Shown: in pieces, positions 1-11,826 of the stretch | How the letters are laid out: the number at the start of each line of letters is the position of its first letter | How positions within the stretch are numbered: the first letter of the stretch is position 1 | Assembly: GCA_025594325.1 (NCBI GenBank) | Contig: JANHCV010000003.1 | Coordinates: 1-64,000 of the forward strand | Reading direction: 5' to 3' | Length of the DNA: 64,000 nt | DNA from: Blastocladiella emersonii ATCC 22665 | Lineage: Eukaryota; Fungi; Blastocladiomycota | The notes under the pieces: model-generated | Told to the model about the DNA's origin: nothing | Seen by the model: only the letters and a program-made list of their open reading frames with translations | Database searches by the model: none | Translations under genes and position numbers: made by a program

Positions 1-1110
1 TACTCGGTCGAGCCTTCGGCCCCCTTCCACCCGAACCGAGTGAGCCACCCGTACACGTACCCGCTGGACCACTACTCGCCGCTTGTCCCGCAGTCGCCCA
101 TGGCGCCCATGTCGACGGGGTCCTCGAGCGTTGCGGCGGGCTCGATCCCGAGCCGGTACTTGTACCAGGATGGCGGCGTCGGCCGCGTCTCGCAGCAGAG
201 CACGGGCGGGTCGCTGTCCCAGGCAGTCGGCGTCAATGCGTCTGGATCCGCGCCAGGGCAAGTGTACCCGCCGCTACCTCCCGCCGTCTCCCCGTCCATG
301 GGCGGCTACTTCGGCGACCGCCGCCTGTCACAGTTTGGACCTCCCGCCGTCTCTTCTCCTGCTGCTGCGGTCGCGACGACACCGACTGGCGGCGCTGGCG
401 TGTACCCACCACCTCCACTACCGCTGGCTCCCTCGGTGTACCCACCACCACAATCCACCGCCGCGCCGTATCCACCGTACCCGCTGGGTCCGTCGCAGTC
501 GCAGGCGCAGTCGCAGCAGGCCGGGGTGCTTTCCACGCCGCTGCGGCCGGCCACGCCGACGGGTGGCCACTACTACCACGCGGGTGCTTCCCAAGCCGTG
601 TACCCGCCACTCCCACAGCAGCAGCAGCGGCCCGTCGTCTCGCACTCATCGGGCAACGGCGGTGCGCTGTACCCGCCCCTGTACCCGCCTCTAGGACCGC
701 AAGGACAGCCCCAGGTCTATCCGCCGAGCCCGCTCGCACGGCCCGCGTCGGTCCTGTTCGCGACGTCGACGGGCAATGGCGGTGGTGGCGCGCTGTACCC
801 TCCTCCACCCTCGTCACCGCTTTCTGCCCCTACGAGCGTGTACCCGCCCCCATCGACCATGCAGCAGGTGTACCCCGCCAGCATCTACCCGCCCCCGTCG
901 CAGCAGCAGCAGTTCCAGGCCCCTACAGGCGTGTATCCTCCTCCGCTCGGCCCGCTATCATCAGCAGCCGGAGGTGCTGCAGCTCCGTACGGCCCGCTGT
1001 ACCCGCCAGGCCCTCCGCCCGCGCTCCCGCCGCGTGTCGGGCCACGACCCGCGGGTGGTGGCGGGCTCGACGTCCAGGCATCAGCACCACCACCATACCC
1101 GCCATTTTGA
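1..1110 (+). CDS. 3' part of a Pro/Tyr-rich protein (repeated [VLI]YPP motifs, C-terminal SAPPPY); runs off the window start
   Basis: The frame of ORF 40..1110 is open from base 1 (YSVEPSAPFHPNRVSHPY...), so the 5' end lies upstream. About 15 xYPP motifs; stop TGA at 1108-1110. Confidence 0.7.
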   Translation, partial: YSVEPSAPFHPNRVSHPYTYPLDHYSPLVPQSPMAPMSTGSSSVAAGSIPSRYLYQDGGVGRVSQQSTGGSLSQAVGVNASGSAPGQVYPPLPPAVSPSMGGYFGDRRLSQFGPPAVSSPAAAVATTPTGGAGVYPPPPLPLAPSVYPPPQSTAAPYPPYPLGPSQSQAQSQQAGVLSTPLRPATPTGGHYYHAGASQAVYPPLPQQQQRPVVSHSSGNGGALYPPLYPPLGPQGQPQVYPPSPLARPASVLFATSTGNGGGGALYPPPPSSPLSAPTSVYPPPSTMQQVYPASIYPPPSQQQQFQAPTGVYPPPLGPLSSAAGGAAAPYGPLYPPGPPPALPPRVGPRPAGGGGLDVQASAPPPYPPF

Positions 1111-1175
1111 AACTTGCAGCCGCCCCAGAAGGTAAGACAATAGATATGTGGGCTCCAATTATATTTGCGATCGTC

Positions 1176-2974
1176 TCAAGCACGCCACAGCGCGACCCGC
1201 CCGCCCTCGGTCCACAGGGCGAGCACGTTGGCGGCCGGGTGCGCCGCCATGCCGAGCACCTTGGTGAGGCCCGTGTCGACGGCGCGCACGGCCTTGCCGC
1301 GCACCGTGACGATCGCGAGCGTGCCCGACTCGGTGACGAGGTACGCGTAGTCGCCGTGCGGCGAGGCGGCGGCCGCCACGGGGTCGTGCACGCCGAGCGC
1401 CGCGTCGCACGGCGCCTCCCACGCGAGCGTGCCGCGGGCGTCGAGCCGCACCACGGACTTGCTCTGCGCCGCGACCTGCAGGTGCCCGCGGGACGCGAGC
1501 CAGTGCAGCGCAAGCACGCTGCGCTGGTTAGCGGCGCCCGTGGGCACGACGGTGCGCGTGCACGTCCCGAGCCGGGCGTCCCACACCTTGACGGTGCCGT
1601 CGCTGCCGCCCGAGAAGATGGTGCGGTTGTCGCCTCCTCCGGTGGTAGTAGTGACACTGCTGGAGCCCTGGCCATCCGCTCCCGACCCGTCGCTGTTCGA
1701 GGAAAACGAAAAGGCGACGCAGTTGACAAACGACGCGTGCCCGCGAAACTCCTTGAGCAGCTGGCCCGACTTGATGCCGTGCAGCCGGACCATGCCGTCG
1801 AACCCCGCGCTCAGCACCTGCGACCCGTCGGGGCTAAAGGCGAGCGCCGTGACGCCGCCGGCGCCGCTCTGCGCGCCCGCGTGCGCGCCGTTGAAGCGGC
1901 GGACGCACTTGCCCGTCGCGACCTGCCACACCTTGATCTGGCCCGCCTGCGACCCGGATGCGAGCAGCAACTGCTGTTGCGCGGACGACGCGTCGCGTGA
2001 TGCGGGCGACGAAAAGGCGAGGGCGAGCACCGCGCCGCCGGACATGGCCATGAGCCGGTCCTGCGCCTGGTACGCGAGGTCGGTGCGCAGCTTGCCCGAG
2101 GCGGCGTGCCACAGCTCAATGAACCCGTCGGCCGAGCCCGTCGCGAGCGTGTCGCCGGTGGGCGCAAAAACGGCCGTCTCGACCGTCTGGCCGGGGGCGA
2201 GCGCGAGGTCGGCGTACGCGTGCGACACGGGCGCGTCGACATCGCCGCCGGACCCGCTGTGGAGGGCCGGCGGCGTGCCGCGGAACAGGTCGATCCCGCG
2301 CTCGGCCGTGAGTCGGTCCGTCGCCGCTGTTTTGGGGGCGCTGCTCCCGTCACCATCCGAGCCGTGCGCGGCCTGCCACCGCAGCGCCTGGCCCAGGAGC
2401 GCGAGCAGGCGCGACGGCGGGACCGGGTGCACCTCGGCGAGCAGGCTCTTGGCGAGCGTGACGCGGCGCGCGTCCCGCGGGCTCGCCTCGCCGTACACGA
2501 CGCGCGGGTGGAACTCGACGAGCGTCAGCAGGCGCTCGAGATGCGCGTAGCGGTCCGGGTCCTCGCCGTCGCGCAGGGCCTGCAGCGGCGCCGTCTGGCG
2601 GAGCAGCACGCGGGCGGCGGCGCGGTCGCCCTGCTCGACGAGCTCGAGGAAGACGTGCTCGTACAGGTCGGCGCGCTTGCGCCGCGGCAGGTCGAGCGCC
2701 TGCGCCTGCGCGAGCACCGCGTCCCAGCGGCCGGCCAGCACGTCGGCCTCGAGCGCCTCGGCGCTGTCGACGGCGTTGAGCACGACCTGTGACTCGTCCT
2801 GCAGGCACGCCAGCGACCGCGTGAGGTTGTTTTCCTTGAGGAACTGCTGGATCAGGCGGATGACGCTGCGCTACAGCGGGGGGCGACGGTGAGTGGTGTC
2901 TGGGCGGCATCGTCGCCCGTGGCGTGGTGGTCGGCATACTCTTGCGACTGGATCTCGAGCGGTGGGGCCGTCAT
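1176..2974 (-). CDS. SMU1: SMU1 spliceosomal WD40 protein (LisH/CTLH + WD40), 2 exons
   Basis: Exon 1 2974-2940 (MTAPPLEIQSQ), intron 2939-2866 (GTATGC...CAG), then D-VIRLIQQFLKENNL...LNAVDS...DLYEHVFLELVE...VPPSRLLALLGQALRWQ and WD40 repeats, matching remembered SMU1 sequence. Confidence 0.93.
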
Positions 2975-3175
2975 GTTGCCGTGTCGTTGACCGTGTTGCA
3001 TGCGATTCGTCTGCGTCTCGGTTGGTCGATCGATGGCTGTCACCGGGAGCGTGGATGGGAGCGGGGCGGCCGCGGCCGCGGCGGCCCCTTCAGCGCTCGG
3101 CACTCCAGCCCAGCTGCGTGCACCACGGAGAGCGCACACATGCATCGACCCGCCTCGGTCGCGGGCTCGCGCGAC
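2975..3175. promoter_or_regulatory. Short bidirectional promoter region between SMU1 and the DHX35-like gene
   Basis: Head-to-head start codons about 200 bp apart (2974 minus; 3140, 3176 or 3203 plus). Confidence 0.5.
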
Positions 3176-5730
3176 ATGATGCAACGGCGAGGCGAGCCCA
3201 CGATGAATGATAGCGGCGGCGGGTCTCACCGGCGGCGCGGTGATGAGACCACGGCCGGGATGGCGGCGGCGCACCCGCACCAGCACCAGCACCAGCATCC
3301 GCAGCGGGACGAGTGGCGGCTCCAGCTCCTGCGCGCCGTCGAGACGTTCCCCGTCACAATCGTCACAGCAGGCGCAGAGCCAGTCGTGTCCTCGCTGTCG
3401 ACGTCGGGAGCAACGGACGTGGCGGCCGTGCGGATCCCGCAGTACCTGCACGAGGCCGGGTGGACCGCCAACGGCCGCATGGTCGCCGTGACGCACCCGC
3501 GGCGCAGTACCGTCGTCTCGCTCGCCCAGCGTGCCGCTGCCGCTGGCGACGAGACCGGTCGAGGACAGCAGCGCGTCGTCGGTTACGCGGTGCCCCTCGA
3601 CGACTGCACCGACCGCGGCAGCGGCAACGGCGACGACCGTGGGGATGGCGGCTACAGCCACCGGGGCGGCACGCGCATCCGCTACCTGACCGACGCGCTG
3701 CTGCTCCGCGAGGCCATGGCAGACCCGCTCCTCTCGCAGTACAATGCCGTCGTCGTCACCTGCGACGCGCACGAGCGGTCCGCCGACTCGGACGTGCTGC
3801 TCGGCCTGCTCAAGCTGATCCTGCCGCACCGCGCCGACCTGCGCGTGGTGGTCGTCGTGGTCGCGGTTGCGGGCTTTGCGCCGGCGGCCGACGCAGACGC
3901 CAACGACCTGCTCGCCTACTTTTCCCAGTCGCCGCCCGTACTCGGGGCCACCCTGCTCTCGTTTGACGGTGACGGCACCAGGGAGAGCAGCAACCACCAC
4001 CACCCGGTCGACGTGCACTTCCTCCGCGACCCGTGCGAGGACCACGCTGCGGCGGCCGTCGACGCGGTCCTTGCCCTGCACGCGCAGGAGCCGCCGGGCG
4101 ACGTGCTCGTGTTCGTGGCGAGCCGCCTCGCGGTCGACTCGGTCGCGAGCCAGCTCGAGACCCGCGCCGCCACGGTCCCCGCTCCGCTGCGGCTCGAGGT
4201 GGTTGCCGTGCACGGCAGCGATCCCACTAACGGTAACGAGCGCGAACAGCAAAAGTACGACCCGCGCATCCAGGAGCCGGCGTCCCGCGGCGCGCGCAAG
4301 GTGATCGTGGCCCCCGCCGGCACCACCGCCGCCGAAGAGTCCGCGCTCGCGGCATCCCCCAACGTCGCGTACGTCGTCGACTGCGGGTGGGCCAGGCAGC
4401 GCGAGTTCCAGCCGCACACCACCACCGGGGCGGCGGCGGGTGCAGGTGGGCGCACCGTGCTCGCGACCGTCTCTGCCTCGCGGGCCCGCGCCGACCTGCG
4501 CGCGCAGCTCGCGGGCCGGTGGCGGCTGGGCAAGGCGTACCGGCTGTACCCGGCGGCCGAGTACGCGCGGCTGCCCGCCTCATGCCCGGTCCCCGAGCTG
4601 GCGCGGTCCGACCTAACGGCGACGGTGCTCTGCCTCAAGCACCTCGGCGTGCGCCAGGTCGCGGCGTTCCCGTTCCCGCCATTGGCCGCCCCGCCGCGCG
4701 GCCGCCTCGCGCACGCGCTCGCGTCGCTGCACGGGTACGGCGCAGTCGACGACGCGGGCGAGCTGACCGACGCGGGCCGCCAGATGGCCGAGCTGCCCGT
4801 ACCTCCGCTCCTTGCCTCCATGGTTCGTTTCCCTCATCCTGATTGCGCACGAGCGACCCACCCTTCTCACTTCCCGCGACACGTACTCGTAGCTGCTCAA
4901 GTCGCACGCGTTCGGGTGTGTCAGCGAGGCGCTCACCATCGTGGCCATGCTCTCGACCAACGACACCTTCCTCCCCTCAACTTCATCATCGGCCCACGGT
5001 CATGACGGTCATCACAATCGACACGCGGGTTTCGCCGTCGAGGAGGGCGACCACCTGACGTTCCTGAACGGTGCGCGTCTATGCGCCGTGGCCGTTCCTC
5101 ATGGGGCCGACCGACCCCCTCGCTGACCATTCTTCCGCGTGCTGCCTCGTAGTCTACCTCGCGTACGAGGCTGCGCACCGCCACCCGGGCTGGTGCCAAA
5201 AGCACCGCGTCAACGCGGCCGCACTGCACCGGGCGCGGCAGATCCGCGCTCAGCTTGCCGCGTTTCTCGACCAGTTCGGGATCCCCGCCACTGCAAGCGA
5301 TAGCGCACCGTCAAGCGGCGAGCCGGTCGACGCCACGGTCCTGCAGCGGTGGCTGGCCGCCTCACTATACACGCAGGCTGCCGCGGCACAGCCCGACGGC
5401 TCGTTCCGGCTGCTACACGGCGGAGGCAACGACGAGTCGTCCGAATCTGGGGCCGTGGCGTGGCTGCACCCGTCGAGCGCGCTGTTCGAGCGGATCCCGG
5501 CCTTCGTCGTGTACACGACTGCTACCGCCGCCGTGGCGGAGGCCACCACGGGTGCCGCCGGTAAGAGCCGAGGCGCCCGCGTGTACCTGCGCGGCGTGAC
5601 GGTGGTCGAGCCGCAGTGGCTCATGGGGGCCGCGTACGTTGTCCCCTACTCATCCTCGCCACACGGACCGCCATCAACTGATCACCTCGAACCCATGTCC
5701 GTCTGTAGCCCAGGATTCTTTGCGTTCTAA
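3176..5730 (+). CDS. DHX35: DEAH-box helicase-like protein (DHX35-like) with degenerate catalytic motifs, 3 exons
   Basis: IPQYLHEAGWTANGRMVAVTHPRR, VGYAVPLDDCT, YLTDALLLREAMADPLLSQY, PPGDVLVF, GKAYRLY, PELARSDL, FAVEEGDHLTFLN. Introns 4823-4892 and 5071-5152 restore the frame. Start codon uncertain (3140/3176/3203). Confidence 0.82.
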
Positions 5731-5781
5731 TAACACATACATTCAGACGCGATCCTTCACGCCCGCCCGCATATGTGAGGG

Positions 5782-6609
5782 TCACCGGTTCTTTGACCGA
5801 AAGTAGTCGGCGAGTCGTTCCATGGCCTCGACGGCCATGCCAGGGTGTCGGTCGTAGATCCCGATGATGTGGTACATGCTAGGCGGTTCGTCAGTCTCCG
5901 GCCCCTCCTCGAAAGCAGCAGCAGCGACGTACACTGTCCGGCAGATGATGATGCCGTCGTACCGCTTGATGGCAAATGTGGCCGATGATGGCCGCACAAC
6001 CTCGACCACGGTCTTGTCGCGCTCGGTGGTACTTGATGCCGCGGTTCCCATGAGCGGCGGGCCTCGACCGGTAGTTGCCGCCGCACCGGCCGCTGGAACA
6101 GCACTCCCCGCCATGCCACCCGCGCCGCCATTTGCGCCCGTACTCGCCGTTCCAGGGGTTGCGGCGGTTCCTTGCGCGCCCACGGTGCCGGCGGTCGAGT
6201 TGGCCCTCATCGGGTCTGCGCACGCGCCATTCCCGCCGCTCCTTGTCCCGCCGACGCCCACATCGGCAGCGGTAGTAGTCTGCGGTCCGGCAGATGCAGA
6301 CGCGCCGCCGATGGCGGTCGCGGCGGTCATGCCAAGCTGGCGCATGACTGCGAGCGTGTCCTCGTCGAGTTTAGCGTAGATGGACGAGGCGTCGACGCGG
6401 ACGACGCGGTACGGCAGGCCGGCGAGGGCGATACCCTGCTCGCGCGCGGCGATCGGGTGCTCGAAGAAGGTGGCGATGCGCTCGAGGTCGGCCGTGGTCA
6501 GCGGGAAGTCGGGCGTGCGCGCCTTGACGACGTGGTCCTTGCGCCGCACCACGGCCGCGTGCGGGAAGCAGTACGTGAGGAGCAGGGATTCGGCGAGTAG
6601 CGTGTTCAT
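5782..6609 (-). CDS. PFN4: Profilin-4-like protein with a long low-complexity insertion
   Basis: MNTLLAESLL...FPHAAVVRRKD...AREQGIALAGLPYRVVRVDASSIYAK...GIIICRT...AVEAMERLADYFRSKNR resembles profilin-4 (ARREGLYF...YRCVRADEYSLYAK...VEATESLGDYLRKKG, from memory). Confidence 0.65.
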   Translation of the reverse strand: MNTLLAESLLLTYCFPHAAVVRRKDHVVKARTPDFPLTTADLERIATFFEHPIAAREQGIALAGLPYRVVRVDASSIYAKLDEDTLAVMRQLGMTAATAIGGASASAGPQTTTAADVGVGGTRSGGNGACADPMRANSTAGTVGAQGTAATPGTASTGANGGAGGMAGSAVPAAGAAATTGRGPPLMGTAASSTTERDKTVVEVVRPSSATFAIKRYDGIIICRTVYVAAAAFEEGPETDEPPSMYHIIGIYDRHPGMAVEAMERLADYFRSKNR

Positions 6610-6776
6610 GGTGTTGTTGCAGTGCGCGTCATGGTGGGGCCGTGGTGCTGGAGAGCGAGAGTGAGGGCGGCTAACCTGCGTGAGTCGAGGGACAGACGAC
6701 GGCGACGCGTCGAGCCGCGCGACGCGTTTCTCATGTGACCAAAACTGTGTCGTCATATTCGCGAGTATACGGTTTA

Positions 6777-9700
6777 TCAAAAGTAGTCGCCGGCCTCGAC
6801 GAGCGCGTCGGCCTCGCTGGCGTCGATGGTGACGATGCGGGCCTTGAAGCTGCGCTGCCAGCGGTACAGGAGGATCGGGAACGCGAGCGCGGCGAACTGG
6901 AGCACGAGCACGATGCCGTTGGCGACGAGGAACGAGCTGGCGCCCAGCGACATGGTGTTGAGCCCGTACGCGACAAAGTTGGCCACGCCCACGAGCAGCA
7001 GCAGCGCGCCGTACAGCCGCCCGAACGACCCGAACCCGAACACCTTGCCGATGTAGTTGCACGCCACGGTCCACAGCGCGGGCCGCAGCACCGACATGAG
7101 GAACATGGTCACGTACTGCAGCTCGAGGTGCGGGACCATGGTCAGGACGCCCGCCGCGATCGAAACCACCGACACTGTGATGAACATGGTGTGATAGCCG
7201 GTGAGCATGACGAGCGGGCCGAGGAACGGCGCCACCACGACGCTGCACACGGGAAGGACCACGCCCCACACGGCCAGCATGTACGTGTACGCGGTCGTGG
7301 CCGCGGGGCCGGGGCCGTACACGTCGGCCGACAGAAACTGGATCTGGTTGTTGACGGACCCCATGTAGAAGTTGAGCAGCAGCGCCGTGGCCACCGTGTG
7401 CACAACGAACAGGTAGTAGAACGGCGACTTGTACTGCTGCGCGATCGAGTAGTGCTCGAGGCACAGGCACATATTGGCCGTGTCGGTCCAGTTGACCGAC
7501 TCGCCGTCGAGCGCGTCGGCCGCGTCGCCGAGGTCCGACCACTCGGCGCCCGCGAGTGCGTCGGCCTGGCTCCCGCTCGCCGGGTGCGGCGCCGGGACCG
7601 CCTCGAAGATCTCGAGGTTGACGACGTTGCGCGTGAATTTGGTCGATTGCCTTGTCCATGGTCGCTGCTGCGGCGGCGTTGACGAGGCCTGGACGGCAAC
7701 CTGGCTCTGGCCCGACCCCGGCCTTGAGGTTGACGCCTCGGGCAGGTGCTCGGGCGATGTGGTCTTCTTCATCTCGGCCGACACGGACGACGCGGGCGTC
7801 GGTGCCCCGGACGCGGGCTCGTCCGCTGGCCTTGACCGCGACCCCCGCCGGCTCACGCTGACCGAGTGCCGGTGCGCGTCGGACCCCATACTGGCCTGCG
7901 CAGCGAGGACGCTGACCGTTGATTCGCGCCGCGAGTACGTGGACATGGTGGACGGCCGGCGCGCGGTCGCATCACCGCGGGACGTGGCGGCCGCGAAGAG
8001 GACCTCGGCCGACGGGTGGTGGCTCGGCGGCGGCAGCTGTGTTGCGGTCGGGGACATGGCCGCGGCCTCGGCGTCACTGCGCAGATCGAGGACCGACAGG
8101 ACCATGGACCCCCACGACCCGCGCCGCGTCATGGGCGCCGTGACAAACTCCTGGACCACGGACGCGGGCACGTAGCCCGAGAACGTGGCGGGCGACTGGC
8201 GGACCGCCGACGAGATGATCTCGGCGACGGTGCCCGTCCCGCGGCGACCCATGCCGCCGTACCCGGCGCCCGGTCCGGTGGGCGTCGACGGCCGGTGCGA
8301 CGAGTGGGTGTACGAGTGCGCATGTGCGTGCCCGTGGCCCCCGCCGCGGGTCCCGGAACGCCCGCCGGCGCCAGCGGACCGAAGCGCCTCGCGCGCGCCG
8401 GCCGAGCGCAGGTTGTCGCGCATGCCCGCGGACCGGAGCGCGGCGCGGCCGCCGGCGGACCGGAGCTCGCTGCGGCGCGTTCCCGACGCGGAGGAGACGG
8501 TGCGGCGCGGCGGTGGGTCCACGGGCTGGTTCGTCGAGTACTCGATGGCCGACATGGGCGTCATGGGGTACCCGTCGTCCTCGCCGTCGTGCTCATCAAC
8601 AGGATGGCGGTGGTCGCCGCCGTCCTCCTGACCCGGCGCGAGCGGGATCCGGGTCCCAGACATGCTCGCAGCGACATCCCCGGAGCTTCCGTCGGTGGTC
8701 GGGAGCGTCGACTGGCTCGTGTTGGCCGAGAACTGGACCGGCATGCGGAGCGGGTGCGGGCCCTGCGTCATGCCCGCGGTGCGGCCGGTGCCGACGGGCG
8801 CAAACGTGCCGCGGTGAAGCACCTTGTCGCGGATGATCTGGACCCGCAGGTTGCTCCACGACCGCCGCGCGCTGAACCCGGAACCCCTGGGCGATGGCGG
8901 CGCGAGGGCTCCTGGTGATGGCTGCGCGGGGGCAGCGGCTGGTGCGGCGACGGGTGCGGATGGCGGGTCTGCCGCCCGCGAGGGCGGCGAGGAATCGCTG
9001 CTGGCCGTTGAGATGATCGCCGAGGCGTCCGAGCTGCTGGCGAGGCTCAGTGCGCCGCCGATCCCGGCCGTGTCGACGACATGGGTCGACTGCGGGGCGG
9101 CGACCGCGCGCGGGGGTCCGAGGCTCGCGTTCGAGTTGGCCGCCTCGGACAGCGACTCGAGCCGGCGCGGCATCCCGCGGCGTATTAGGCTTGGTGACGG
9201 GTTCGGAAACTCGTCGGTCCCGCCGGGTAGCGCCATGGGCCGGGTGCCGCCGACCCGCGATGGCCCCATGAGCGAGACGAGGCCCGTGACGACGGTCTCA
9301 TCAATCGGCGGGGGCGACCCGGTGGGCTCGGGGACCGACGTCTCGGGCGCGGCCGACGAGAGCGCTCGGATCAGACCCTCGAAGTCGTCGTCTGACTCGG
9401 TCGTGTGCTCCTCCTCGGACACGGTGGCGAGGTTCGCCTGCTGCTGCGGTTGTGGCGTTGCGGACGATGAGCTCGGCGAGATGCCTTGCGTCTGCTGCTG
9501 CGCGCCGGGCGTGAGCGAAGCCGACACGCTGCTGCCGCCACCCGCCGTCGCGCTTGCGGGTCGGCCCGCGCCAGACCGCACGAGCGACGGCGTGCGAATC
9601 ACCGTGACCCCACTGGTTTCCGGCAATCCGTCGGCCGCCGCACCGCTACCGCCACGACCGTCTGCCGACGCAGGTCGTCGCGGCGTAGAGCCGGAACTCG

Positions 9701-11276
9701 AGCCGCCGATGGTGATGACGGCGCGGCGCTGGACCGAACGTGGTCGCGTTCGTGAGGACGGCGGCCGTGGCTCGAAGCCGACAGCGGACACGGGGCGGCT
9801 GTAGGCCGATGCGGATGGCGGGCGGTTGTGGGCCAACGCGGATGGCGGGCGGGGCTGCGACGCTGGTGTGGACGCCGACGGTGGCCGGCTGGTTCGGCGC
9901 CCGAGCAGCGGCGAGACCGGTGCGGGAGCGGGCGTCGTCGGCGTGTCGAGGACGGCCGTGGCCTGGATCTCGGCGACGGGCGCCGCGATGGCGAGCGCCT
10001 TCGGGTCCTTGCCGGGCTTGACGTCGATCTGCGTGAACGAGTCCTGCGACGCGCGGTACTCGCCGCCGCCATCGTCATCTGCATCTGGATGAGCGGGGCC
10101 ATCGTTGCCGAAGCCGAGGACCGGGCGGGACCCATGGACGGGCGCGGCGTGGAGCGACTCGAGCAGGACGCCCGTGGACGTGACGGAGCGTCGCGGCATC
10201 AGCCAAGCGGCGAAGAGAAACACGGCGGCGAACAGGACGAGGTAGGCAAAGTGGAAGGTGCGCAGGAGGTTGTGCTTGTCGGCGGCGGACGGGAGCGCGT
10301 TGTAGCCGAACTGGACGAGGGTAAAGATGAGGGCCGACAGGTCAAAGGCGATGTTGAGGGCGAGCGTGATGAGGCCCGAGTGCAGCGGGAACACGTTGGC
10401 GACGTGGAACGAGGCCGTGTACAGGGCGCCGCCGGCCGAGCTGATGATGATGAAGGCGAACAGGATGACCGACTCGAAGTCGCCGCCGACCATGAGCGCG
10501 ATGCCGAAGAGCAGGAAGCCGAGCGCCATGAGCGCGCACGAGATGAGGTACAGGAGCTTGGGCCCAAGCCGGTCCTAGATGGGCGTTGCGCGGTCAGGAT
10601 CGTGCGGGCGCGGACACGCGGTGCAGTGAGACCGTACCAGGATGAAGCCGACGGGGACGACCATGAAGCTGCCGAGGGCCTGTGACAGCGTGTACATGAG
10701 GTCGAGGCGGAGGATCTGGTCGTTGCACAGGCCGTGGATCGACGAGTCGGCCCCGCCGCCGCCCGACCGTTTCAGCAGCCGCGCGACGGCGGCGACGGCG
10801 AGCGAGGACGCCGAGGCCGGCGGGCACAGGCTGCTGAAAATGCCCTCGTCGATGAGCATGGCCTTGAGAGGCGAGAAGCCCGACGAGAGCCCCGCCGTGA
10901 GCCACACGGACAGGCAGGTGCCGATGACGAGGGTGCGACGGCGCCAGGTACTGGTGACGACGCGGAGCCCGTCGGTCTCGAGGCCCATGTCGTCGTCGAA
11001 GGTCGGGTTGCTGGCGCCGACCGAGACGATGGAGCTGGTCGCGTGGGCGAGGCGGCCGCCGTCGGTCGGCGCCGTGAGGTGCGCCGTCTCGCTGAAGCCC
11101 GACGGCGACGGCTGCTCGGGCGAGATGGGGCTCGTGACATTGCCGCCGCTGGATCCCGGCCTGAGTGCGCCAGCAGCGGGCTCCGGTGGCTGCAGCGGCG
11201 GCGGCGGCGGGGCGTCGAGCAGCGGGGGCGCGTCGGCCGCCGAGACGACCGAGTAGGACGTGTCGAGGACAGTCAT
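6777..11276 (-). CDS. MFS transporter, SLC43/LAT3/FMP42-like, with a very long central cytoplasmic loop, 2 exons
   Basis: LTAGLSSGFSPLKAMLIDEGIFSSLC...CNDQILRLDLMYT...VPVGFIL|DRLGPK (intron 10637-10575); 6 N-terminal and 6 C-terminal hydrophobic helices (…FGFGSFGRLYG…). Start codon assumed at 11276. Confidence 0.8.
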
Positions 11277-11826
11277 GGTCGTCGGCCGCCGTGGAGTGGG
11301 TTGCACGAGGTGGCGATGCGAGGTTACGTTGCAAGAATCATGAAGGGTGCGGGCGGGCAGAGGAGAGCGGGGCGTGGAGCACATCGCTTCGGGCGGGGCT
11401 AGGCCTCGCGACGCGTCGCCGCCCTGGCTTCCAGACGCCCGACCCGACTGTCTCACCTGCGACGGTGGGCGGGGATGACCAAACGTCCCCCGGCCTGCGT
11501 CGCGCACAGCTTTGCGCCGAGTGGTGCGCCTTGTCCCGTCGGCGCGGACGGCCCGCGGAGCGCGCGGCGACGCGTCCCCGCAAGTGTCTCGCGCGCCGCA
11601 CGTGATATCGCGGCGCGACGCTGCGAGACACCGGCGTTCGCGTCCGCGCTCCAGCTCGCGCGCGGGCCGTCGGATCGGGAGGCCGGACCCATGAGACAAT
11701 CGAGGTTCCCGAAAGCGACAAGGATGGTGGTATGGTGTATATATGTAAGATGCGTGCGCGCGGCACCTTGCGTGATTGAATGAATCGATAAATATGAGGG
11801 GAATAGGACGACAGCAGCGGCTCTCT

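Noticed and set aside
5782-7659. 625-aa ORF that appears to fuse the MFS 3' region with the profilin-like gene
   Set aside because: The upstream part is an off-frame reading of the transporter's last codons and the spacer; the profilin homology starts at ATG 6609.
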